Of a stretch of 45,317 bases of DNA, positions 25,503 to 36,861 are shown one piece after another. Made by a program: the position numbers and the translations under genes. The DNA is from Geosiphon pyriformis uo1 (lineage: Eukaryota; Fungi; Glomeromycota): NCBI GenBank assembly GCA_016748015.1, contig JAAOMT010000120.1:21737-67053 (forward strand), in the 5' to 3' direction. Each line of letters starts with the position of its first letter. Positions within the stretch are counted from its first letter, which is position 1. The notes under the pieces were generated by a model. The model was not told the origin of the DNA, made no database searches, and saw only the letters and a program-made list of their open reading frames with translations.

Positions 25503-28500
25503 ATGGGTAAATGCGCTAGTAAACTGGTCGAAAATGAAAAATTCAAAAAATCTTTACCTCCAACGCCACAAGAATTTCCTCCAACACATTCAATACAAAT
25601 AAATCCAATGAATTCTCCCGCTTTGAATTCCTTTTTACCCCCAACTAACTCTCCTATAACTCAGATAAACTCTGGAGGACCTAAATTAGTTGAAAAATTA
25701 TATAGAGAAGATTTTCGAATAAATCCTCGAGAAACTGAATTAATGAATCAGCCATTCTTACCTACACCTCATGATAGAAGTTTGAACAGGTCTATCGTAA
25801 ACCCGGTGTCAACGTATGGGGGAAAATTTGACCCCAAATGGGACGGACCATCTCACATAGAAAAAATTCTAGGTCTAACGCAAGTTGGTGATTTGAGCGT
25901 ATGGCAAGGTTCTAATTTGTTCATAAAAGAAAATCCTCAAACAAAAACACGTGTTGTACTTGGAATAGGTATTTTCTTTATGTGCTTGAATTCTTAATTT
26001 TCTAATTAGCGCAAAAATTTGAAATTTCAATTAACGTATATTCATTCAATAATTTATACCAAATTCTCACTTAGACTTTGGGACGACTGAAAGTAAGATT
26101 TTGCTAGAAAAAATTCATGAGTTCATGAAATAAGAACCTTCAAATTTATAATCAATTCGTTTTATCAATAGGTGGATTTGCTTTTGCTATGAGACCAACC
26201 AAAGGAGAAACAATAAATGTTTCCAATATTGAAACCAATGAAAAATGGTAATCTAAAGTCGAAATTAAATTCAGATTAAACAGAGATCCAGTCCTAGTTA
26301 AAATCTTTTATCAATTCCTAAAGGCCTGATGTAAATGGAAAATTCAAAACAAATACAGTACTCGAATATGACCAAAATTTTAATGTCATAAAATGGGGAT
26401 ACCCAGCTCTTTCACAACGTGTTGCCAAAACTAAGGAATCGGTTTCATCACCCGTCAGAAAACCTGTGGAGTTGTTCAAGCTTTTATTGGGAGACATCCC
26501 AGAAGATCAGAAACCGAAACTTCCAAAGGGATTACATTATAAAAAAGCGATCACTGATTATTTAGCTGAATTTGCAAAGGTAATGACTTTTGAATTTTAA
26601 TTTTCAATTCATTGATGACACTTTCAAAATGAGTAAAATTATTTATTTTTTGATCATTTTTAATGGAAGCTGATAAAAACACGGTTGAATATGAAATGGC
26701 CACATCTAAATTTTCATCAAGATGTTCAAATTGTAATGACTGTACCAGCCGAATTCGATGATACCGCAAAAGCGATTTTAAGATATTGTGCTTATCAAGC
26801 TAGATTGCTTGATATTGAAGAATCGTCAAACTTGATTTTTACAACAGAACGTAAATTGTTATTTTAATCTCTTTCTTGAAATCTTGCGTTTTATTTTCCA
26901 CAAGCCTAATTGATGAAAATGTGATTTGTAGCGGAAGCTGCTGCCATATATTGTCTGCATTATCTTAGAGAATATCCTTTAAGAGAAAATGGTAGGCTAT
27001 AGGATGATTTGTTTTTGGATAATTGTCACCTGAAAAAATTCGGATCATTATTTCTAAGCGATTTTTTACAAAATTTTAGAGCCATTTATGGTCGTTGACT
27101 GTGGTGGTGGTACGGTTGATTTAACTATTCGAAACCTGTTATCACAACGCAAGATTGGTGAAATAACAATGAGAACAGGAGGTTTATGTGGCAGCTCTTA
27201 TGTCGACAGGTCAATAAATATGTCGTGGATTGCTTCATAAAGTTTCGAAAGTTGAATACCTATACTTTTTTTTATCGATAGGGAATTTCTCAAATACTTA
27301 TCAAAAATATTGGGAATGGCAGCGGTCCAAAACTTAATAGAAAAACACTATGGTCAATTACAATATTTGATTCAAGAATTTTTTGTACGTCGCGTGAAAA
27401 TTCCATTTAACGGTAACGCGACAGAATTCGAACCAGCTACTTTGGATCTTGAGGATTACTGTCCGGCCGTAATCCAATATGTGACGCCATATATAGCTGA
27501 TAAAATGAAAACAGCAGAGTGGCAAATCGATTTAAATTTTCCTGAAGTAAAAAAAATGTTTGATCTGGTGGTGAAGGAAATTCTAGCGTTGATTGATGCA
27601 CAAATCAAGGCGTCACCAAGTTCTTGTCAAGCCATATTTCTTGTCGGAGGGTTTGGAGAATCTCCTTATGTTTTAAAACGTGTTCGAGAAGCCTTTGGCT
27701 CTATTATTCCCCTTATTTGTGTTGGTCACCAACCGACTACGGCAATTGTTCGTGGGGCTGTATTGGTAAAGCAATAATTCTTTTTTCTAAAATCTCCTAA
27801 TATTTTGAGATTTTATCCATATTATTTAACTAACGAGATTATTTTTTGCAGTACGGTAGGTCTCATAATGGTTATTCAATGCACACAATTATTCAATATA
27901 TAAGATCCAGGTAATAAATCTCCACATTTTTCACGTTCTACCTCTTTATTTTTGACTGCAGGAATAAACACTCATACAATCCAATCCCGAGTAATAAAAT
28001 GGACTTATGGCATCAAATGTGTTACAAAATGGGATAATGATCGAAAATTTCCAATCTCTCGAAAAGATCCAGACGGTTATGTTCGATATTTTAGCAAATT
28101 AATTACTTGTGGTACTGAAGTTTCAGTGGATGATTCGGTAAGCCGGACTTACTGGACCTCCGACCCAACCAGCACTATGGCTCAATTCCCACTTTACATT
28201 AGTTCACTATCCAATCCGAAATTTTGTGATGGATTGAAGTTTGTTGGACAGTTGAAAATTGGTATTTTGAATATGTCCAATTTTTTCTCGTTACTTTTTA
28301 TTGGAAAATTCAAAGTATTGAGACTTTAATTATTCGTATCGATTCATATTTTTATCAATAGTTCTTGGAACAAACCCAACGAAACGTAAGCGAGCCATTG
28401 AATTCTCATTATCTTTTGGAAAAATGGAAATTCAAGCAGTCGCTCGAATCGTCGAAACTAGAGAATCATGTGTTACTACCTTCCAATATGACATGGAAGA

Positions 28501-28513
28501 CATGATAATATAA
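25503..28513 (+). CDS. HSPA12-like atypical Hsp70, paralog 2, same exon structure
   Basis: VLGIDFGTTESGFA, VMTVPAEF, TEPEAAAIYC, FMVVDCGGGTVDL, FLVGGFGESPY and AIVRGAVLYG. Introns at the same positions as paralog 1; stop TAA at 28511-28513. Confidence 0.92.
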
Positions 28514-29123
28514 ATCATTAATTAACGCCATATATACATCTAACTTAAATTTAACCACTTTTTTTGTACAAAAGTTGATATAGAAGTAAAGAATCTTCAT
28601 AATTTATAAAATATTTATATCATATTAAAATAATTTTTCGAAGGAAAGAATAATTTTATTTTCTCATTGGAACAGCCCAGTTTCTGAATTACCCGGAGGA
28701 GAAATCAAAGTGGAAAAGATTAAATTTCAATCTTTCTTTTTTTTTTTTGAAAATATGCTGCACATCTTATCATAATGATAAAAATAGGTCAAGATTAAAT
28801 ATATTGAAAACCGAAATAATTCTACTTAATCTTTTACCCTCAATGTGTGAAGCTAAAACTTTAGTCTCCCCCCCCCCTCACACCCCCCCCCCCAAACCAT
28901 TGAACCAATGTTTTGCAAAAAAATTAATTTCAAATCGTTTAATAATTATTTTGACTTTAGAAAAATTTGTCCTCAAAAATGTTTCCAAATGTAGCCCTTG
29001 AGTTTAATGGTTTTTAATGAAAAATCTATGTCGTCCTTTGATTGATTTTTTAGTAACGAAAAAACGAATAAAATAAATTCATCATGAATATTGATTCAGT
29101 TTTTTGAATATCTCAAGAATACA

Positions 29124-30056
29124 CAGTCGCCTCGGGAAAGTAACGCCCGATTTACGTGTCTAGCCAGATCAGTAAATAAAAATCTAAGAATTTTCCCCAA
29201 TTTCTTATTTATTATTTTCTTCAATGTTTAAAACATAGGCTGTACAAAATTTTATTTTACGACAAACATATTACCTCTTAATAAAATTATGAGTGCTGAG
29301 AAAGTTGTGAAGAAAATAAAGTGAGACTTCACAACCAATACGACGATTCCTAACTAAATACAAAAGAACCAAGAAAATTATACTAAATACTCTAAAAAAC
29401 AAAGAAAATATCATCAAAAATATATAAATTTTTTGATGACATGTTATTTTTTCCAGATGAAACGAGAATAAAAATCAGAAAATAATTATGACAAATAAAT
29501 ATATAATGTTTAACCCCCCCCCCTCCCAAAACTTTCAAGATTGGTCTGAGCTTGGTAATGGTTTGGGAATATTTCGTAAAAAAAAAATAAAGGGTCTGTT
29601 AGGTATTTTTTGACAAATACAAAGAAAAAATCCAAAAAATATTTATTTAAAGGTTTTTGAAAAAATCTTTTACCATTTTACAAAACCGCGCGTTCATTTT
29701 TCAGAGAAAATTTGGTGTTTCAATAAGATAATGCCCCATTTATATTGCAAAGTGACCAGCACACCTTAATCTCATAGAAAATATCTGAAAACAATGATGA
29801 ATAATAACTAAAAAGTGAAAATTCTCTAAAGACTATAAGAGAACTTAAGGTTCCTCTAAGAGAGAAGTATTCTAATTTTAATATTTCAATTCTTTGTAAA
29901 GTTAGAAACTCAATATCGCAGAGAATTAATGGGGTTTTGGATGTGAACAGACCCGAAAAAAATATAACATATTCTATTAAAAAAAAAGGAATAAATCATG
30001 TATACATGTATATTTATTTGACAAAAAATTCAGAAAATTACTTTCCAAGGTGACTG
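29124..30056 (+). mobile_element. Internally deleted non-autonomous Tc1/mariner derivative
   Basis: Imperfect TIRs CAGTCGCCTCGGGAAAGTAA (29124) / TTACTTTCCAAGGTGACTG (ends 30056) followed by TA. Internal LVFQ*DNAP remnant at ~29712-29740. Confidence 0.72.
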
Positions 30057-30324
30057 TACATGTATATGAAAAATAAAATAAAATAAAATTATTTATGTTT
30101 GTTTAAAATCAACTTTAAAAATATTACAAATTTTACTGTAACTTTTTTATAACTATTTCTACAAAAAGGTTTTTCATCCTTTTTTTTTTTTTGAGATAAT
30201 GGAACAAGAGATTTTAAAAATTTATTGAAGATCACATGTTTTTGTAAAATGACTTGGATTCACCATCTCATATAATACATGTATCAACAAAATAGCTTTA
30301 GCAAAAATAGAGCTATCTTGGAAA

Positions 30325-31330
30325 TAGAGTTCTAATGTTCGGTTCTGTTCGGTCCAAATTCAATCGAACCATTGAATCGAACCGAACTCGAACAGAGATT
30401 TTGGCTAAATTTTGAACTTGAACCGAACTTAAAATCACTGAACCTGAACCGAACTCGAACCCAAACAACAAGTTCGGTTCAAAGTTCATGGGCATGTTCA
30501 GGTTCGACTATTAAAAATTATGATATGTTATTAACTAATTTTCCTTTCAATGGTCCCTGCATCCATGATCGAAGAAACTGTGCTGCTCTTATAGTTTTAG
30601 GCACTAAGCGAGACCTCATATTTTCACCCGCAGAAAAGACACGTTCAGAAGCAACAGATGATTCTTGGATTGCCAAGTAATTACAAGCCATACGTCCAAG
30701 ACGAGGAAATTGTGTCTGATATGCCTAAATATCGAATTTTAATAAAAATGATAATTTAAATAGATATTTTTTGCAATATACCTTCTACCATGCCATTACA
30801 TCCATTTCCCTATTGGCCATCTTTTCAAAGATATAACGATTAATTTCGTTAAGTTCTTCTTCCTCATCATCATTAAAGTCTGCCTCCAATATGGACCATG
30901 TAACTGATGCTATAGTATCATTAAAATTGCAATTCGACGAAAAACTGTCATTTAATGTGGGTATAATGGTCAGCATGTACTCTGTTTCAAATAGAGTACA
31001 CATTCTAAAGGTTTATTTATCGTGTGAGAGTTGGAAAATGAAACTATTTTAATAAATAAATAACTTACAATTCTTTCGTTTTATTAAACGAAGTAATGAT
31101 TGATAAACAAATAATACAAAATATATCTTTTTTTTAATCCCATCAAACTCGAACAAGTTCGTAAACTTCGAACCAGACTTGAACTGAACTCAGACTTGCC
31201 AAAAAAGTTCAACTTCAAACTCGAACCCAACCTACTTTGAAAATTTGGTTCGGTTCAAGTTCAGTTCATAATTCGAACTGAACTTGAACAGTATTCAAAG
31301 TTCGGTTCGGTTCGGTTCATAGGATCTTTA
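30325..31330 (-). mobile_element. hAT-superfamily non-autonomous element retaining the C-terminal dimerisation domain
   Basis: Perfect 8-bp TSD CTTGGAAA (30317-30324, 31331-31338) and short imperfect TA-starting TIRs. Dense subterminal GTTCG/CGAAC repeats. Minus-strand FPRLGRMACNYLAIQESSVASERVFSAG with an intron at ~30726-30780. Confidence 0.92.
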
Positions 31331-31644
31331 CTTGGAAAAACGGATTGTTTCATTAACAATCATCAATTCGATAGATGTCTTGGTTAATTCCCAAGAATTT
31401 GGTGATTAAAATTCAATTTAACTCTCTCTCTCACAGGCACAAAATGTTAGAAATCTCAATAATCAGTACATGATTCATGTGAAAAAAACTCACGGTAAAA
31501 TAATATTTTAACACCTGATCAAAACTGAATTAAACTTCAACTTCAGATTATTAATTTTTTGCCAATATAATTCTATTAAAATTTTGTTTCATGTTTTCTG
31601 AAATTCTCCAACAATTTTCACGTAACCAAATTTGTGTATTAATT

Positions 31645-32250
31645 CTAGATCAATATTTTTTCTAGCCATTTTTCGTAAGTTGGTTCAATTCCAGCAAAAT
31701 ATATTACAAGTTCAATATAGTTTGTAAAATTTATATTTATTTGTGCATTTGCTATAAAATTTGAAGGGAAGAAAATTATTATAAAGAGATAGACATTCTT
31801 TTTAATAATTTTTGACGAGAACTCCGAAATTTCTTGATATCTTTTTGGTTTAACATACCAAATAAACCAGGTACCATTTCGTTTCAATCTTTACATAAAC
31901 AATAAGCCTTACTACCAAAATATGCGGCATTTTTTAAGTTTTCCAAAATAACTCCTAATTCATCAGTGAATAATTTTTTGACACCATTATCTTATGTTTG
32001 TCTCTTTTTGATTGACAATTGTGGAGTTGTATAATTTCTCAATAAATTAATAATTATTTTGGCCCCATTTGTCTGTACATGTTCTTTGAAAATAATTTGT
32101 TGATGCTAATTCTTTTTTCCAAAATCTAAAATAATCTTTTACGAAAAGGCCATGAAAAAAAGTAGTCACAAAAAATAATTTTAGTAAAAGAAAATTTCTA
32201 GCGATTGAAAATCGGTTAAAGAGTTTTTTTGATTGAGGTAAAGAAGACAT
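31645..32250 (-). pseudogene. Possible degenerate gene, N-terminally hydrophobic; product unknown
   Basis: Consecutive minus-strand ORFs (32250-32047, 31887-31645) linked by frames with stops; no recognisable family motif. Confidence 0.3.
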
Positions 32251-32899
32251 TTTTTAAAGATACTGAAAAAAGTTCACATGAGCTGTTACATGCTTCTTTT
32301 TCTTTTTGAGGGTTTTATGATAAGCCACCCAAAAAATGAAAATCGATTTTTTTTTTATTCTATACCCAAAGTGATAAAGACAATTCAAGATAATTTAATT
32401 TAAGATTTCTCATTAGGTCAATTTGGTACAAAGGGAAACTTTATAATTTTAAAATATATCATTCCCACACACAAATATCATCTTGAGATAAATTCATAAT
32501 CAACCCCCGTCCATTTTATTAGGAAAAATTTATTCTAGTATTAATAAGAGTGTTTGGTATCTAAATTATAAAATGAACATGGAACCGAGCAATTAAAAAT
32601 ATTGCAAATATGATCAAACATAAAGCTGAAGAGTTTGAATCAATTGACTCTATTCAAATTATGAAGTTAATTGGACATTGGGTTGGTTGTGGCAATGAAA
32701 ACTGAACAATTAATGTTGTCAGAGTTTTATATTAAATTCTCAAAAATAAAAACTCTTTAACTTTTCATTTAAAGCTTATGCATTATTAGCAGCAATAGGA
32801 TTTAGTGAGGTGTTTCAAAAAGCCTTGGGAAATTTTATTATCACTTTTGCTTGGTGACTACAAATTTGCCAAATTATTTAAATCAGATGTCCCTAAGAA

Positions 32900-33275
32900 A
32901 ATTTGAACATTTCGAGCATCGATGTCTTTTTTGGTGAATAATCGAATATTCTAAAAACTTTATACTCCTCGACAGAAAAAATAGCTTTTCAATTTTCTGA
33001 TACAGGTATTATAACATGCTCATAGCCTTGCCTCTTTCCATAAAAGCCGTCACTTTGATAGAGTAAAAAATGAGGACCAAAATCAGCTGTTTCTGGTTCC
33101 CAAAATGTGACATATACCAAATATGTTATGTTTGTACCGAGATAAAATCCCATGATATATCCTAATCCAAAGTCTCCATCAATTGTGACAAAAGGTGAAA
33201 AAGCGATAAAATTCTCTTTTGTTTTAAGTTTTTTAGGACCATATATTGGGTTGATGATTTTATTGGAATAGGTTC
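32900..33275 (-). pseudogene. Fragment of a host-like gene, cut off upstream near the TIR at 33315
   Basis: After a TTTAG acceptor, ~95 open codons: ...FSPFVTIDGDFGLGYIMGFYLGTNITYLVYVTFWEPETADFGPHFLLYQSDG..., then stops. Resembles, from memory, lineage-expanded Glomeromycota secreted/membrane proteins. Confidence 0.4.
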
Positions 33276-34142
33276 TAAATTTTTAAGTTTATTTTATTGA
33301 AATTCATATTCAAATATAAAAATTGTGAAACGAGTAATTGAGGATGAGCTATAATAATTAAGTTAAATTTTTTTTTCTGAATTAAAAATTTTAAATATTA
33401 CTGAAAGTGAATGATCTAAAAAGTCATTTCAAATAGACACAAAATATAAACACGCTCAAAGCTATGTTATTTTCTAAAATATATTAGAAAGATTATTCAT
33501 TTTTGACATTCCTTCTTTCTGTTTTAAGTTTTAATTAGAAGCAAGATTTTATTGGTCCTAACCAGTAATACTCAAAGTTTCAGGTTATAGGGAAGGTTTT
33601 TGACATAAAAATTAGTTAAGGCAAATTGTCTTAGGAAGGAAAGCGCGGCACTCATATATTCGATTAAACCCTCCCACCCAGGGTTCAAACCCTGTGTGGG
33701 ACAAATCAAATATAGATTATCTGTCCGGGAAGACATAAAACTATCCGTCGATGGAAGATGACGCTAATTAACCAATCCGATAAGATGTAAATCTACCCAT
33801 CTGATATGATGTAAATCTTCCATCCGAAATGATGTAAAACTATGTTTTTTTTTCATCCAGTATGACGTAACCCTTCCGGAACGTTGTGAAAACTATCCGG
33901 CGACATTAAATAAACCCATCCGAAATGATGTAAATCTATCTGTCAAAGAAAAATGACATTAATCACCATTCGCAATGACGATATATAATTCCGAGCCCCA
34001 AAAGGATTTTTTTATGGCCTAGTGAAAATAATATGTTTCGCAAACAAACTAGCTAAAGAACAAAAAAAGATAAAGAGGGTATTTAACTCAAATCTACGGC
34101 TTTGACAAAATTATTTAGCCAAATTAGCAAAATATAGCTTTT

Positions 34143-35183
34143 TTACTCTTTTTGAATTCGAAATTTTATTAACTTTAAATTTATTGTCATTTTTGAATTA
34201 AATAAGTGGAGGTGACTTTTTTGTTTGCTTAAGTAAGTTTGAATTATAATATAGTTTCAATTAAAAAACATGAAAAATATTATAGATTCTAAAATATATC
34301 AGCAATCTTAACTTGTAAGTCACAAATTTAATCTAACAAGTTATTTTAAATGAATTAAATTTCTTATTACAAAGTTAACTTGTTTTAATGTTGTATTATA
34401 AAAGCCAAACTTTATTACTTATTGCCATTTATTTGTTTTTCTTTTTATTTATTGATATTATTTTTAGGTTTACAGATTAACTTTTTTTAAATCTCTTAAA
34501 TCTTAGCAATATATTTTTTAATAATAAAATTTACTAATTTTCTAACCATAAAAGTATTGAATCAAGAATATTATCTATCATTTTAATTGAAATTTAAAAG
34601 ATACTATTGTATGCAAATTCTGTTAATAATACTAGATTGAACCAATTATTTTGTTGATAATTCATAAAACATTATAAGTACTATACTAAAATATAAATAA
34701 TATTTTTATATAACTATTGGTTTAAGAGTAATATATTAAAGATTACGAAGTTTTTATACCAAAAAGCTCAAAAAATACTTTTAAAATCAAAACACAAATT
34801 AAAAATTAATCTTTAAACCAAAAGCAAATATTACATAATTTTATGTATATTTTAATAAATTTTTTTTACTGTAACTACAAATAATATTTTAATAATTTTC
34901 TTGGCAAAATTATTAATACTTATAGCTTATTTAATTGCTTTTAAAAGTTTTAAATCAATACAAAAGGAAAAAAAGGAGCAATTTTCTATTTTTTAGCTTT
35001 GAATAACATAGTTTTTTGTTAAACATAAATTTCATTACTTTTTTTCAAATAATGTAAAAAAGTATTTATTTTGTTCTGAAATAATAAGAAATTTTGAAAT
35101 TAAAATCTGCCAAAAAAATTGACCACTAGACTTGTTTTTAATCTAGTGTTTGTATTATTATAAAATATTAAAGATTTTTGTAT
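34143..35183 (-). pseudogene. Chromoviral Ty3/gypsy pol fragment (RNase H end, integrase core, GPY/F, start of chromodomain), hypermutated
   Basis: Minus-strand translations WSIFLADFNF, YL*CFMNYQQNNWFNLVLLTEFAYNS, NKVWLL*YNIKTS, YKLRLLIYFRIYNIFHV and FKVNKISNSKR. Confidence 0.85.
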
Positions 35184-35185
35184 TA

Positions 35186-35797
35186 CAATCAAACCTGAGA
35201 TAACCCATACCCTTGGTGGATACAAATTGCTATGAGTTATTACAGATTATGGGTTTTTTCAGGTTTAAGTATATATAGTATACATATAATAAAATAGATA
35301 TAATATTATTAAAAAATAAATTTATTTGCATATTCTTATAAGAATTTTTAAATAGCTCATGCAATATTAAAGAAATTTGTAAGAGTTATTTGTTTTTGTT
35401 CATTTTGTATTTTCTTATGAAGTATACGTTTAACATGAGCAAGCTTACTAACTGCATTATAAAATTTCTTTCTATTTTCAAGCTCTATAAACTGTTCAAG
35501 ATTGTAATAGCAGTTAGTATATCCTTAACACTCATTACTTTCTGTACCTCTTGTTTTTTATCAGAGCTATCATGCTTTGTTTCACGATTTGTTATAATAT
35601 AATTTGCAATCTCATTATGATTCAGATGTTCCAAAATAATTATATCATTTTCCTCAGATAGATTTACCAACTTTTCAATTGATAAGTATGTAAAATTTGG
35701 CTGTATACAATTGAACTCTTTGTAGCAATCCTTAATTTTTTCTAATACTATCTCTTAATTATAATTAGCTATTATTTCCAAGTTTGCAGGTTCATTC
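35186..35797 (-). mobile_element. pogo-like element 3' remnant
   Basis: TA followed by CAATCAAACCTG (compare the pogo TIR CAGTCAAACCTC at 97). Minus-strand ORF 35670-35485 resembles the acidic/helical pogo transposase C-terminus. Confidence 0.55.
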
Positions 35798-36861
35798 TTT
35801 TGGAGTAGCATAAATAATGATAACGAAAAACTGAAAACAGATTGCCAAGTAAAATATTAGACGTATCATTCGAAAAAAGCTATATTTTTCAAATTTGGCT
35901 AAATAATTTTGTCAAAGCCGTGGATTTGGGTTAAATACTCTCTTTATCTTTTTTTGTTATTTAGCTAGTTTTTTTGCGAAACATATTATAAAATGAGATT
36001 TTTATTAGTCTATATAAAAAAACTTTTATATTATGTTTAAGGGTCAGAATTGCAAATGGTGATTAATGTCATTTTCATTTGATGGATAGATTTACATCAT
36101 TTCGGATGGGTTTATTTAATGTTGCCAGATGGTCTTCACATCATTCTGGAAGGGTTACGTCATACTGGATGAAAAAAAAACATAGTTTTACATCATTTCG
36201 GATGGAAGATTTACATCATATCAGATGGGTAGATTTACATCTTATCAGATGGGTTAATTAGCGTCATCTTCCATTGACGGATAGTTTTTTGTCTTCCCGG
36301 ACAGATAATCTATATATGATTTGCCCCACACAGGGTTTGAACCCTGGGTGGGAGGGTTTAATTGAATATTTGAGTGCCGCGCTTTCCTTCCTAGGACAAT
36401 TTGCCTTAATTAATTTTTATGTCAAAAACCTTCCCTATAACCTGAAACTTTGAGTATTACTGGTTAGGACCAATAAGATTGGAATGTCAAAAAATGAATA
36501 ATCTTTCTAATATATTTTAGAAAATAACATAGCTTTGAGCGTGTTTATATTTTGTGTTTATCTAAAATGACCTTTTAAACATAAATTTTATACAGTGAAA
36601 ATATATTAAATACTCAATTTGTAGGAAATATTTAGAAGTTCAGAAAATTTCAAAACATTAATTTGTGAAAGAATTTATTTTCGTTTCCATCATTCACTTT
36701 AAGATTTTTAATTCAGAAAAAAAATTTTAAATTAAATTTTATAGCTCATCCTCAATTACTCGTTTCACAATTTTTATAATTTGTTGCTTAATTCTTTAAT
36801 ACAAAGTTCTCTGAGATTTGGGATTTTGGATTTGGGATTGATCCAAGTAAACGTTTACCCC

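Larger units (their letters stand above)
33315..36861. mobile_element. Long-TIR (MULE-like) composite element, copy X (left TIR lacks its outer ~80 bp)
   Basis: 33315-34143 is the reverse complement of ~35875-36780. The right TIR extends to a CCCC terminus at 36858-36861. The interior is gypsy and pogo debris. Confidence 0.75.

Noticed and set aside
30313-30680. ORFs 30313-30495 and 30372-30680
   Set aside because: They derive from hAT subterminal repeats and the antisense strand of the transposase remnant.
33612-33705. tRNA gene or tRNA-derived SINE (B-box-like GGTTCAAACCC)
   Set aside because: No convincing cloverleaf or A-box at proper spacing; better explained as a hairpin within the TIR.
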